Of a DNA stretch of 64,000 nucleotides, positions 41,592 through 56,795 are shown in pieces. The stretch spans positions 51,759 to 115,758 of the forward strand of contig CAIZRG010000049.1 in NCBI GenBank assembly GCA_903935335.1. The letters run 5' to 3'. The number at the start of each line of letters is the position of its first letter. The stretch's first letter is position 1. The notes beneath the pieces were generated by a model. The model saw only the letters and a program-made list of their open reading frames with translations. It did no database searches and had not been told where the DNA came from. The stretch comes from Oligoflexia bacterium. Its GTDB lineage: Bacteria > Bdellovibrionota > UBA1018. The translations under genes and the position numbers were made by a program.

Positions 41592-42121
41592 AAGACATCA
41601 GATGAAAGCATAGAACCTTGCCATAAACAAGAAGCCCCCTGTCCTAACATTTCGTTCACTCGCACTTCAACAGAAGAGATTTTTTTGCTGAGAAAAGTAA
41701 ATTCAAATTTCCCAAGAAACTGTCGACAAAATTCCTGAGTAAGAGCTTCTACCGTCACATTATCAATTGACAAGAGAACAACGTCCTCTGAAGGAAGAAT
41801 ATAGCGTTTTTCACAAAGTAAAAACTCGATTTCTCGGAGATCAAAATTTTTAATTTTTAAATAAGGACATTTCCCAGCTAATAACACTTTCTCATCCCAC
41901 TCTTGACAGATCTCCTGAATGGACCGCTTAAAAAATGAAAAAGGAACCATCTCTTGAATAGAAGGCTGCTTTAATTCTATGGATAACTCGACAGAATAGT
42001 TGTGCCCATGGAGAGATTCTTTTGTTCCATCTGGAAAAACTGTCATATGAGCTGAAGAGAACTTAAAGTTTTGTTTTTCTAAATGAATCCAAGGATCAGT
42101 CAAATTTCCAAAATAGGGCAT
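41588..42121 (-). CDS. queD: 6-carboxytetrahydropterin / 6-pyruvoyl-tetrahydropterin synthase (QueD-like)
   Basis: 177 aa. FKFSSAHMTVFPDGTKESLHGHNYSVELSIE carries the PTPS zinc-binding His motif. Confidence 0.7.
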   Translation of the reverse strand: MPYFGNLTDPWIHLEKQNFKFSSAHMTVFPDGTKESLHGHNYSVELSIELKQPSIQEMVPFSFFKRSIQEICQEWDEKVLLAGKCPYLKIKNFDLREIEFLLCEKRYILPSEDVVLLSIDNVTVEALTQEFCRQFLGKFEFTFLSKKISSVEVRVNEMLGQGASCLWQGSMLSSDVL

Positions 42122-42210
42122 GAGGAAATAACAGTATCAGCACTCACTCTAAAGATCCAGAGATCTCACAGCTCATTCTTTTCAAGCTCTAAAAGAAATT
42201 CATTAAGACA

Positions 42211-43542
42211 CTACACACTTCCAATAGCATGATTTTGAGTCCGATCGGAAAAGTCATATTTTTTCAAAACTTCGATTGCTGCACGGAAACCACTTTTAAC
42301 AATTTCAGACATTTTTTTTGAAGACAAACTAAAATGGTCTCCAAAAAAAATCTGGCGATCATGAGCACTCGGGTGGATATAAATGGTCTCGACATCCATT
42401 TTGTAGTGAAGTTGATTTTCAAGCAACTCACAGATTTTCGTCTTATGCTCGACTGAAACCCCTTGGGTTTCACAATACTGGGACACAGCCAAAATCGTAT
42501 CATGATGCAAAGCTTTACTGTAGATATGATTATTAATTTTTTGCTCTACTAGTAAATAAATCGATTGAATAATAATAGCTGACAAACCAAAACCTGTTAA
42601 GGACTCTGACTCTTTAAAAACATGATAGGGCTGGTGAGTATAGCTAGCAATCACTAAATCCGCTCCACCATCGACTGCAACGTGAGTGGATAACGTATCC
42701 CTAATCTCACCATCAATATAGTAAATGAGCTGACCATCAGAGTTCTTGATCCCATAAGGAGAAAAAATAACCGGCAATGAAGTACTTGCAGCACAGGCTT
42801 CTGAAATGCTTACATCATTGTTATACTGACAACTTAAGTCATGAGGGGGAGGTTGATACTGATACTTTCCAAAAACAACCTTGCGAGAATGATTCAACTG
42901 AGTTGCAACAATAAATAAATCAGCCAAATAGTCTTGAAACTGGTTTGAAGACAGGACTTCCTCCCTCATGTATTGTTCAATTCCATGAGTAGAAAATAAC
43001 CCCGTTAACTTAAGCCACTTAAGTTGAACAAGAGACTCCCAATCTCCCTGAAACATCAACCTCATTAAAGCTTTTCGAAGTTGCCCAAGTTGACTCAGTT
43101 GCTCTAAAGTGAACTTTGATCTAATTTTAAACATCTTTGGGTAGGTGAGTCGGGGAAGAATTTTAGGGAACTCATCCTTAGGATCGATCGTAATATCTCC
43201 TGCTGGAGGCTTATAATCTAAAAAAGAATTAAAAATGTTATCTAAAGAATACCCTGCGGCAAGGTAAGATGAAATAATGGCTCCAGCACTTGACCCCACG
43301 TACATTGAAATCTCCATCGGAGAAGGGGGACGTGCTTTCTGATTAGGAGGTACCGTACCACCATAAAACCTAAAGCCCTGCTCCTGAAGAGCAAGTGCAA
43401 CACCTAAGTGAAATGCTCCGGCTTTAGTGGCTCCGCCACTACAGACAAACGCAATCTTTTTTTTAGGACCAATTTTGATTTGATCCCCGGACTTTTCTGA
43501 TTGGATTAATTTAGAATAAGAATGCTTGAATTTAACTTTCAT
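42211..43542 (-). CDS. Patatin-like phospholipase
   Basis: 443 aa. Oxyanion-hole GGATKAG, serine hydrolase GSSAG (GxSxG) and a downstream DGG catalytic Asp region. Confidence 0.8.
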   Translation of the reverse strand: MKVKFKHSYSKLIQSEKSGDQIKIGPKKKIAFVCSGGATKAGAFHLGVALALQEQGFRFYGGTVPPNQKARPPSPMEISMYVGSSAGAIISSYLAAGYSLDNIFNSFLDYKPPAGDITIDPKDEFPKILPRLTYPKMFKIRSKFTLEQLSQLGQLRKALMRLMFQGDWESLVQLKWLKLTGLFSTHGIEQYMREEVLSSNQFQDYLADLFIVATQLNHSRKVVFGKYQYQPPPHDLSCQYNNDVSISEACAASTSLPVIFSPYGIKNSDGQLIYYIDGEIRDTLSTHVAVDGGADLVIASYTHQPYHVFKESESLTGFGLSAIIIQSIYLLVEQKINNHIYSKALHHDTILAVSQYCETQGVSVEHKTKICELLENQLHYKMDVETIYIHPSAHDRQIFFGDHFSLSSKKMSEIVKSGFRAAIEVLKKYDFSDRTQNHAIGSV

Positions 43543-43643
43543 AGAAATAGAATTGACAAAGGTTGAGCCAAAACGAGAATCTAGATCTCTTATATGACCA
43601 ACCTCAGTGAGAATGCAATACTTAAAGACAGTGACCCATAGTT

Positions 43644-48507
<4,864 letters not shown>

Positions 48508-48552
48508 ATCTCATTAGCCATAACATATTCAGAAAAAATTTAAGACTGATTT

Positions 48553-48963
48553 TTAGATTTTTGCCTGCCTCTTTAAAGAGCCTTTTTCTAAATTTCTTAA
48601 AATTTTATCCCAACGCTCAGAGTGAGAAGTGTATTTATATCGAACTGCATTATATCTAAATTGAGCACTGAGAGTTGGCTTGCTCACATGCTGTAAACTT
48701 AACATCACTTGATCGAGTTGCTTCCGCCGTTCTGTAGGAGGAAGACGCTCAGCACCACTGATAAACATATTGTAAAGATTGTTAAGTTGTTCAATCATTG
48801 GCTCAGCTCTTTTAATCAATTCTTCAAACCGATCAGTTGAAGGACCTACCGGCTTAGAAGAAGACTCATTTAACTGATGTTCTTTTTCTTCTTCTTCTTC
48901 TTGTTCCCGTTCAAGCTCTCTGTCTCTCCGGCGACGCCAAGCCTCATCATCTTCTTTTGCCAT
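48553..48963 (-). CDS. Highly charged hypothetical protein
   Basis: 136 aa. Acidic/basic N-terminus (RRRRDRELEREQEEEEEKE). Confidence 0.4.
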   Translation of the reverse strand: MAKEDDEAWRRRRDRELEREQEEEEEKEHQLNESSSKPVGPSTDRFEELIKRAEPMIEQLNNLYNMFISGAERLPPTERRKQLDQVMLSLQHVSKPTLSAQFRYNAVRYKYTSHSERWDKILRNLEKGSLKRQAKI

Positions 48964-49017
48964 TTTCTCATTCTAACAGTTTATTTTATAGTTAATCTAG
49001 GTATTCATTTATAAATT

Positions 49018-50502
49018 CTAAAAAAATAATTTTTTCAAGTCTTTAATGGTTGAAGCTAAAGACAGTTTTAGAGACGAGGGATGATTTAAAACTGATTTAA
49101 TGACTATTTCAGGAGTACTTTCAGGTAAAATCAATGTCTTAAATCCCAATCTTCGAGCTTCTTCAATCCGAGCCTCCATTTGTGATACCTTTCGAACTTC
49201 TCCTGTGAGTCCCAGCTCTCCAATTAAAACACAATCTAGAGGAAGAGGGTGATTCACTGCGCTAGACCAAATCGCTGCTGCTGCTGCAAGGTCACACGCT
49301 GGCTCAACTAGCCTAAATCCTCCAGCAACATTAAAAAAAAGATCTTGCTGAGCCAAAGGGAGTTTTAAATGCTTTTCTAAAATTGCAGCAATCAATGAAA
49401 CCCGAGTGGTATCCATTCCGACAGCAGTTCTTCTGGGAATAGCCAAACCAGAGGGAGTCACTAAAGCTTGAATTTCAACCAAAAGAGGACGTGACCCTTC
49501 AATCGGAGCAGTCACTGAAGTCCCTGAAACTGGAGCAGTCCGCTCACTTAAAAAAAGTGAAGAAGGATTTAAAACTTCACGAAGCCCCTCTCCGTCCATC
49601 TCAAACACTCCCAGTTCTCGAGTACTGCCAAAACGATTTTTGACAGTCCTAAGAAGTCGGTAGCTCTGCCCTCCTTCCCCTTCAAAATAAAGAACAGTAT
49701 CGACCATATGCTCTACCGTTTTAGGTCCAGCAATACTACCCTCTTTGGTAACATGACCCACTAACCAAACTGAAATTGCTGCTGACTTTGCCAATGTCAT
49801 TAATCGAGCTGCAATCTCACGGACCTGTGTCACACTCCCCGGAGCTGACTGAACAGAACCACTCGAAAAAGTCTGTAAAGAATCCATAATTAAAACATCG
49901 GGTCTCAATTCTTTCACTGACCTAAATGCTCGTTCCAATTGCGTCTCAGCGGATAAAAAAATCTGCCCTTTGCTTTGAATTCCTAACCGATAAGCCCTCC
50001 CCCGAATCTGATCGATGGACTCCTCTCCACTAACGTATAAAATCTTAAGATCAGACTGCTCCTGTAATAATCCCTTTGCCATTTGCAAAAGAAGAGTACT
50101 CTTTCCAATTCCTGGATCTCCTCCTAAAAGGGTAAAGCTATCAGGGACCATCCCTCCTCCAAGAACTCGGTTTAACTCAGAAATCCCTACTGAAAGCCTT
50201 TTAAGCTGCCCCTGTTCACAAAGACCTGTAGTAGAAGAAGGGACATCCAAATCCACCCATGCTAGACTTGATTGATGCCTCTCTCTATCTGAAAAAGAAT
50301 CCTCAACATAATCCTGACCTGATGTTTTCCTGAAATCTCGAAATTCATCGCGAACATCAACCAGAGAACTAGCAGTCCCTTCAGCAATAACCTTCCCTTC
50401 TTCCAAAGAATTCCATGACCCACAAGCTGGGCATTTTCCTAACCACTTTGCAGAGATATAATCGCAATTCAGACATGAATATTGAGTTTTTTGCTTAGAC
50501 AT
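49018..50502 (-). CDS. radA: DNA repair protein RadA/Sms
   Basis: C4 zinc finger CLNCDY...CPACGSW, Walker A GDPGIGKST, KNRFG motif and a Lon-protease-like C-terminal domain. Confidence 0.93.
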   Translation of the reverse strand: MSKQKTQYSCLNCDYISAKWLGKCPACGSWNSLEEGKVIAEGTASSLVDVRDEFRDFRKTSGQDYVEDSFSDRERHQSSLAWVDLDVPSSTTGLCEQGQLKRLSVGISELNRVLGGGMVPDSFTLLGGDPGIGKSTLLLQMAKGLLQEQSDLKILYVSGEESIDQIRGRAYRLGIQSKGQIFLSAETQLERAFRSVKELRPDVLIMDSLQTFSSGSVQSAPGSVTQVREIAARLMTLAKSAAISVWLVGHVTKEGSIAGPKTVEHMVDTVLYFEGEGGQSYRLLRTVKNRFGSTRELGVFEMDGEGLREVLNPSSLFLSERTAPVSGTSVTAPIEGSRPLLVEIQALVTPSGLAIPRRTAVGMDTTRVSLIAAILEKHLKLPLAQQDLFFNVAGGFRLVEPACDLAAAAAIWSSAVNHPLPLDCVLIGELGLTGEVRKVSQMEARIEEARRLGFKTLILPESTPEIVIKSVLNHPSSLKLSLASTIKDLKKLFF

Positions 50503-51979
50503 GACTCGTCACTCGAGCTACAGCTTTCTTCCACTTTTGCATACAAGCAGATCTACTTTCTTCATCCCATTGAGGAGAAAAAATTTGGCCTACTTTCCAG
50601 CACTTCTCAATCTCAGCAATATCGCTCCATACTCCAGCTCCCAACCCTGCCGAAAAAATTGCTCCTATACTAGTCGCATCTAGATCATTCGATCTTCTTA
50701 ATTTCACTCCGAGGAGATCTGACTGAAATTGCATCAAAAGATGGTTTGAAGCTGCTCCTCCGTCTACATTTATTTGAATCAATGGCTTACCCATGTCTTT
50801 TTGCATAGCTATCAGAATATCGGCATTCTGAAAAGCAATTCCTTCAAGCACGGCCCTAGCCATGTGGGCACGCGTTGTACCTCTCGTAATCCCTGTAAAA
50901 AGACCTGTTGCCTCAGGATCCCAATAAGGGGCACCTAAACCTGTTAAGGCCGGCACAAAAACCACACCCTCAGAAGTGGGAACAGAAGCTGCTAATGTTT
51001 CAATTTCAGCAGAACTTTGAATCATTCCCAGACCATCTCGAAACCACTGAACAGCCGCACCTGCAATAAAAGCACTTCCCTCCAAAGCGTAAGTATAATC
51101 ATCCGATTTCAGTGCCCAAGCAACGGTTGTCAAAAGCCGATGCTTGCTCATTGCTGGATTATGACCCGTATTTACAAGTAAAAAGGCACCTGTTCCATAA
51201 GTACACTTTGCACTTCCTTCTTGAATACATGCCTGACCCATCAATGAGGATTGCTGATCTCCTAACACACCTGTAATCGGTATTCCATCAGGCAACCCAG
51301 GGAAACCCCGAGTCAGACCAAACACTCCAACTGAGGGCAAAACATCAGGCCAAATTTCTTTAGGAATACCTAATTCTGCACAAAGATCTGAATCAAACGA
51401 ATGCTGGGTTAAATGAAAACATAAAGTTCTTGAAGCATTACTAGGCTCAGTGACATGCACTGCCCCTCCAGAAATGCGGGCAACCAGATAGCTGTCAATC
51501 GTGCCGGCTGCCAAGCGAGCTGATCGATAAGCAGATTGAATCGATGGCCAATTCTGAAACGCCCATGCAGCCTTGCTTCCAGAAAAATAAGGATCAATTA
51601 AAAGTCCTGTTCGTTCTTGAAAAAAAGGCTCTAAATTCTTTTTTCGAAGGTCTTCACAAAGAGAGATTGTTCTACGATCCTGCCAAACAATTGCCCTCCC
51701 CAAAGGTTGACTTGTCTTTCTATCCCAAAAGCAAAGAGTTTCACGCTGATTAGTGATTCCCATAGCCAAAATTTTGTGAGGATCAATGTGACGAGTCACT
51801 TCTCTTACCGTTTGCAAAACACTTGCCCAAATATCAGTAAGATCATGCTCTACCCAACCCGGTGCTGGGAAATGCTGTTCAAATTCAATGCTTGCTTCTG
51901 CAATTTGATTTAAATTGCAGTCCATCAGAAGAGCTGAAGTACTTGTAGTGCCTTGGTCTATTGCAAGTAGATATTCCAT
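50495..51979 (-). CDS. glpK: Glycerol kinase
   Basis: 494 aa. N-terminal AIDQGTTSTSALL and FGGY-family sugar kinase motifs throughout. 8-nt overlap with radA. Confidence 0.9.
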   Translation of the reverse strand: MEYLLAIDQGTTSTSALLMDCNLNQIAEASIEFEQHFPAPGWVEHDLTDIWASVLQTVREVTRHIDPHKILAMGITNQRETLCFWDRKTSQPLGRAIVWQDRRTISLCEDLRKKNLEPFFQERTGLLIDPYFSGSKAAWAFQNWPSIQSAYRSARLAAGTIDSYLVARISGGAVHVTEPSNASRTLCFHLTQHSFDSDLCAELGIPKEIWPDVLPSVGVFGLTRGFPGLPDGIPITGVLGDQQSSLMGQACIQEGSAKCTYGTGAFLLVNTGHNPAMSKHRLLTTVAWALKSDDYTYALEGSAFIAGAAVQWFRDGLGMIQSSAEIETLAASVPTSEGVVFVPALTGLGAPYWDPEATGLFTGITRGTTRAHMARAVLEGIAFQNADILIAMQKDMGKPLIQINVDGGAASNHLLMQFQSDLLGVKLRRSNDLDATSIGAIFSAGLGAGVWSDIAEIEKCWKVGQIFSPQWDEESRSACMQKWKKAVARVTSHV

Positions 51980-52145
51980 AAGACCCCATCTTTTCCTGTT
52001 AGTTGATTTTTTTTATCAACATTCGATCTCAACCTTCTCCCCATCTCTAGATTTTCTACCTCCATGACCTGAAACCCCAATCATGCAATATTTGCTTCGC
52101 TTCATTATTTCTTCTAAACTAGAATGTATCTGGAATTTTTAAAAA

Positions 52146-53642
52146 ATGGATATTTCAAAAGAAAAAAAGTGGTTTGTATATTTAGGTAACCATCATGAAG
52201 GACCCTTTTCATTGGAGGAAATCCAAGAGAAACTGACTCAAGGGGTGATTTCCAAAGAAGGGTTTGTTTGGGCTGAGGGAATGCCAGATTGGAAACCCAT
52301 GACACAGGTTCCCGATTTTCAAGTTCTAGCAACCTCCCTGAACGAAGACTCTCCGCCAAGCAAGACCCCAGAACCAGAGCTTTTCAATGAAATTGAAGAA
52401 AAAACCTTCGAAAAAATTTCTGAGAACCTTCTACTCACACAAACAATTTCACCTCGAGATGAACAAAACCTACGATCAAAAAGCTCGAAAAAATCATTTT
52501 TTCGATCTATCTCTAAAAAAATCAAATGGGGAATTCTTTGTCTCACTGGGCTCAGTTTTTTTTATTTCCAAGAATTTTTTGAAACACCTTCAAGCCTTAA
52601 CCAACTCATCGAACTTTCATGGCCCTACCGACTGGACTTATTAGATAAAACACCAGAATTAGCCCAATGGATTTCCCCTTTACCATCCCTAGACGGTGTA
52701 AGCTCAGATGAAGTTGACCTCATGAAATTAGCCGCCCTTGAACCACCTGGGGGTTCGGGACCTCAAATCGCCATGGGACTTTCTAGAACAGATATTTTAC
52801 ACCCTACTCTCTATGTTGCCTCTCGCTTACCAGACAAGACTCAATTCCAAGCTTATATCGTGGGTGTTTCAGACACCCTTTTAAAGGAACGATCCTATAT
52901 CAGTCAGCTCAATATCAGTCTTACCCATAGAATTGGAAAATCGAGCCCTCTTTATTTTAAAAACAAAAGCCCTCTCCCAAAAGGAGAATACAGGATCTAT
53001 CTCACATCTGGCACACCCTCATCTCCAGAGGATGAAACTCGTTTTAATTTAATGAAAAGTATTCCTCACCCACAATACAATGACTTACCTAAAGATATTA
53101 AAGTTCTTGCCTTTAAGACCTATTTTCTAGGAGGAATCAGAGACGCAATCTATACGAGGGAACTCAATGAATATCACACTCAACTCAGAATCGAGGCTGA
53201 GAACGAAATCAAAGAACTCACTCAATTTTTAAATACTCTGGAAAGCCAATTCAATGCATCATCTGCTAAATTTGGAATCCTTAAAAAAATAAAAGGATCA
53301 TCTAAAAAAATGAACTGGATTCCTTTTCATCAAGAATGGACAAAGCTTCAAAAACAGTTAGATGAACTTTTTAATGAATCGCCACCTGAAAAAAACAGCG
53401 ACAGATATTTTTATTCAGATTTATACCTCATGATTCAAAAATTGAGCCAGACTGTTCAAACAGAACATCATCTCCATCATCTTTACTTCACTGAAGTAGG
53501 GGACTCAAAAGCTAGGGAAATCCAAATTGGAGACACAAATTTATTAACGCAGACTATCATTTCGCAGCTCAAAGCAAAATTAGCACACTTAACATCTCTC
53601 CCTCCCTTACCTAATGGACTACCTCAAAAAGAGGAACAATAA
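52146..53642 (+). CDS. DUF4339 (GYF-like) domain protein with TM segment and long C-terminal region
   Basis: N-terminal KKWFVYLGNHHEGPFSLEEIQEKLTQGVISKEGFVWAEGMPDWKPM is the DUF4339 signature. One TM (ILCLTGLSFFYF). Confidence 0.5.
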   Translation: MDISKEKKWFVYLGNHHEGPFSLEEIQEKLTQGVISKEGFVWAEGMPDWKPMTQVPDFQVLATSLNEDSPPSKTPEPELFNEIEEKTFEKISENLLLTQTISPRDEQNLRSKSSKKSFFRSISKKIKWGILCLTGLSFFYFQEFFETPSSLNQLIELSWPYRLDLLDKTPELAQWISPLPSLDGVSSDEVDLMKLAALEPPGGSGPQIAMGLSRTDILHPTLYVASRLPDKTQFQAYIVGVSDTLLKERSYISQLNISLTHRIGKSSPLYFKNKSPLPKGEYRIYLTSGTPSSPEDETRFNLMKSIPHPQYNDLPKDIKVLAFKTYFLGGIRDAIYTRELNEYHTQLRIEAENEIKELTQFLNTLESQFNASSAKFGILKKIKGSSKKMNWIPFHQEWTKLQKQLDELFNESPPEKNSDRYFYSDLYLMIQKLSQTVQTEHHLHHLYFTEVGDSKAREIQIGDTNLLTQTIISQLKAKLAHLTSLPPLPNGLPQKEEQ

Positions 53643-53656
53643 AGGTAGAATTAAAA

Positions 53657-54073
53657 ATGAAAAAAAATCAATCACCTTCGCCGACAGATCCAACAGTTGA
53701 GCGAAGAGAATCTAAAAGAAGAGCCGTTCTCTCCCAATTTTCAATTTTTTTATTAATTCCAAAGCATGGAATTCATAAACTCGCTGTTCATAACCTGAGT
53801 GAAAGCGGGATTTTATTTGAGTTTGATACTGAAAATGAATCTATTGCTAATTGCCCGATTCAAGTAGGAGATGAACTTGAATCCAAGCTGTATATCAACT
53901 CTTCTCTTTATATTCCTCTTTACTTAAAATTAGCTCGAATAGAAAATCACTCTGATCACCGAAAGATTGGAGCTAGTTTTTACAAAAAAGACACCGAAGA
54001 ATATCGAACCTTTATCTTTTTTCTTCATGTATTAGATGGGCTATCCAAAATAAATAATACTCAATCTAATTAA
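53657..54073 (+). CDS. PilZ-domain protein (putative c-di-GMP receptor)
   Basis: RRESKRR (RxxxR) followed by NLSESGILF (D/NxSxxG), the two PilZ c-di-GMP-binding motifs at correct spacing. Confidence 0.6.
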   Translation: MKKNQSPSPTDPTVERRESKRRAVLSQFSIFLLIPKHGIHKLAVHNLSESGILFEFDTENESIANCPIQVGDELESKLYINSSLYIPLYLKLARIENHSDHRKIGASFYKKDTEEYRTFIFFLHVLDGLSKINNTQSN

Positions 54074-54129
54074 AGTTAATTTCTGAATTTTTTCTGATTG
54101 TCCAAAACTAGAAAATTTTACCTATTTAG

Positions 54130-54642
54130 GTGACTGAAATCAGTGACGATAGGTCATACAAAGGAAGTCATGTTATGACCCACAGAAAGAATATAACCAA
54201 ATCGGATAATTTCACTCAGGTTATAGAGCTGAGTCAGATCCGAGAACAACGTTTAATCGAAAAAAGAAAAAACACTGAAAGAGTTTTTTTACAGCATCTC
54301 ATCAGCGTTTACTCTGTCATCCATCAAAATAAAATGATTCCTATTGATCTCATAGAAATAAGTGAAAACGGATGCTCTTTTAAAGTAACTCATAATCAAG
54401 AAAATCTAGAAGATCTAAAAATAAAAAAATCAACTATCTCTATCCGACTCTATTTTACACAAACAGCTTACCTCGAAATTAAAGTTCAGATTTTGAATTC
54501 GACTTATTTAATTAAAGACCGAGGCCAATCGATCCGTTATGGATGCTCTATAGACAAAGAACTGAAATCATACACTGCTTACCAAGCTTTCGTTCGCTTT
54601 ATGAAGATTTTTTCTGAATATTCCTATGAAGACATCAAATAG
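54130..54642 (+). CDS. PilZ-domain protein, second tandem copy
   Basis: EKRKNTER (RxxxR-like) and DLIEISENGCSF (DxSxxG). Same architecture as the upstream gene. Confidence 0.5.
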   Translation: MTEISDDRSYKGSHVMTHRKNITKSDNFTQVIELSQIREQRLIEKRKNTERVFLQHLISVYSVIHQNKMIPIDLIEISENGCSFKVTHNQENLEDLKIKKSTISIRLYFTQTAYLEIKVQILNSTYLIKDRGQSIRYGCSIDKELKSYTAYQAFVRFMKIFSEYSYEDIK

Positions 54643-55182
54643 AAGCAAGAAGTGTAAGCCTTAAGGAGCTCTTCTTTTATTTTTAGATGGACCTTCCGGC
54701 GATTTTGGATTTAGCCACAAAGACAAAATAGTTGCTGCTACCTGCGGTTTTTTTTTAACCAAATCAATAATTTTTTGATAAAGATGTTGAATTTCCAATT
54801 GCTCTGAAATTTTTTTCAATTTATCCTGATTTTGCACAAAAAGTACCTATTCATAATTAAGTAAATATTAATCCCAATATTTTCGAGCTGAATTTAGTTT
54901 TTCAAAAGAATTCGTTTTAAAAACTAAAGAACTATCAATTTCCATTTGACTAATTGAACCTACAAAAAGTTCGTCGTTGATCAGTGAAAATGCAAACCAT
55001 CGATCTCCCATTTTTTGATAAAGGACCTCCACAGTAGGTTCATTTTGAATTTGGAGTTGGTTTTCCTGCTTCCTGCAGATTGACATTGTTCTCATTTTTT
55101 ATCCCTCGTTACAGAACCTATCGGAGCCAACGGAATTCGCTAAAGAGGGAATCTTTTTCCTATTTTTTAGAACTATCTCAAT

Positions 55183-55635
55183 TTAGGGCACAATGATTTT
55201 TCCAGTGATTGCAGTAAAACTATCAACAAATCCATAGGTTGATGACGGGACATGAAAGCGAACCACATGACTGGTCAAACTTCGTGATTGAATCACAGAA
55301 CTAGAAATAAATGTATTGGGTCCTGTAGAAACTACCTGATGTGGGATAAAATTATTTAAAAAATAAAAAATCACCTGAGAGTTTTGTGTAGGAAGATGAC
55401 AAACGAGCTCTTGCCCTGATCTAAAAACAGCTCCAGGATTTTCCCCCGGCTGTGTACATCCGCAAAAGATCCTTAAAAACCCATCTCCTATCTGGATTTG
55501 AGCTACTTCAGGCCCACATTGAGTATCAGGCGAAACACTAGGATAAGAAGAACCACACCCAACAAAAATACTTAAACTTGTAAAGTATGCCCAGCAGTAA
55601 ACCAAAAAAAAGAAATTTTTATGTAATCGCTTCAT
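55183..55635 (-). CDS. Putative lipoprotein, function unknown
   Basis: Signal peptide with lipobox-like IFVGCGSS. Several Cys and His residues. Confidence 0.4.
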   Translation of the reverse strand: MKRLHKNFFFLVYCWAYFTSLSIFVGCGSSYPSVSPDTQCGPEVAQIQIGDGFLRIFCGCTQPGENPGAVFRSGQELVCHLPTQNSQVIFYFLNNFIPHQVVSTGPNTFISSSVIQSRSLTSHVVRFHVPSSTYGFVDSFTAITGKIIVP

Positions 55636-55817
55636 TAAAAAACCGCTTCAAACTCATCCCACAATAAGGAAGACAAACACCAAGCTAAGCTTGATTAGGG
55701 AAATTTTCCACTCTCAAATAAAAGAAGTCTATTAAAAACTAGACGCTTTTGTGAAGAAAGGTATACAAAGAAAAAATTCGAAAAACTTGACTATTTCTGA
55801 TAGAGTTTCGCAATAAT

Positions 55818-55895
55818 GGACCCGTAGCTCAGTTGGATTAGAGCGTCAGACTACGAATCTGAAGGTCGGAGGTTCGATCCCTCTCGGGTCCACCA
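55818..55895 (+). tRNA. tRNA-Arg (anticodon ACG), CCA encoded
   Basis: Hand-folded cloverleaf. Acceptor ggacccg/cgggtcc. Anticodon stem tcaga/tctga with loop ctACGaa. T-loop ttcgatc. Confidence 0.88.
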
Positions 55896-55960
55896 TAGAA
55901 AACAAGGAGTTAGCTCTTAACGATTGCCCTTTTCCATTTTTGGGACAAGATAAATCATAT

Positions 55961-56332
55961 TCACTTAGAAAAAAAAGCCATCTTAATTCCAACCAATATA
56001 AGAAAACTTCCAAAAAATCTTTGAAGCACTTCCTGACTGACTTGATTCGAAAATTTCGCCCCAAAGAATGCGCCTAGAAGAAAACCAACAGAGATCAATA
56101 TTGCCGCATAAAAATCTAAACTCCCGTTTTTATAGTAAATGTAAGCAGCAAGCAATCCTACGGGAGGAACCAATGCAGCCAAAGAGGTTCCCTGAGCTAA
56201 GTGCTGATTAAAACCATAAAAAAGAACAAGAGAGGGAACAAGAACAATCCCACCCCCAATTCCAACAAATCCTCCCAAAATACCAGAAACTAACCCAAGA
56301 AAAATAAAGCTAGAATAATAAATAAAATTCAA
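55961..56332 (-). CDS. TauE/SafE (DUF81) family membrane protein, half-size (single 4-TM repeat) or C-terminally truncated
   Basis: GILGGFVGIGGGIVLVPSL...AQGTSL is the N-terminal TauE signature. Only 123 aa, versus about 250 aa for full-length TauE. Confidence 0.5.
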   Translation of the reverse strand: MNFIYYSSFIFLGLVSGILGGFVGIGGGIVLVPSLVLFYGFNQHLAQGTSLAALVPPVGLLAAYIYYKNGSLDFYAAILISVGFLLGAFFGAKFSNQVSQEVLQRFFGSFLILVGIKMAFFSK

Positions 56333-56795
56333 AATTTCTCCTTTCTGGATCGATGCTTATTTTTTTAAATTGTAAATGATTTTTTAGTCAATGATTTACA
56401 ATTTTATTTAAAAAAATATTGCACTATTGCAATCGTTCTCGAAGAACGATCTACCTACTCTAGTTGACTGAGTGCATTGAAAACATTAACGCATTATTCC
56501 AAAATCTGCTCTGATTTATTTCGAATTGCAATGTCGTATTGCAAAATAGAAACTATTCATTGCATTAAAAGCTTTTCCCTTGAATTGGGTCTGATAAAAA
56601 AAATTCAGACTCTTTACTCACAACTGCAATTATGATTTTTTAGGAATGATTGGAACAAATAGCTTCTGTTGATTTGAAGAATTCGCGAGAATTAGATAAG
56701 GAACATTTTCATGCTCCAAGGTCTAGAGTTTTGACAGGTAAATTTTTAATTTATAGATTTAAAACTCATTTTTCTTTTACTTTGTTTGGAGACTT

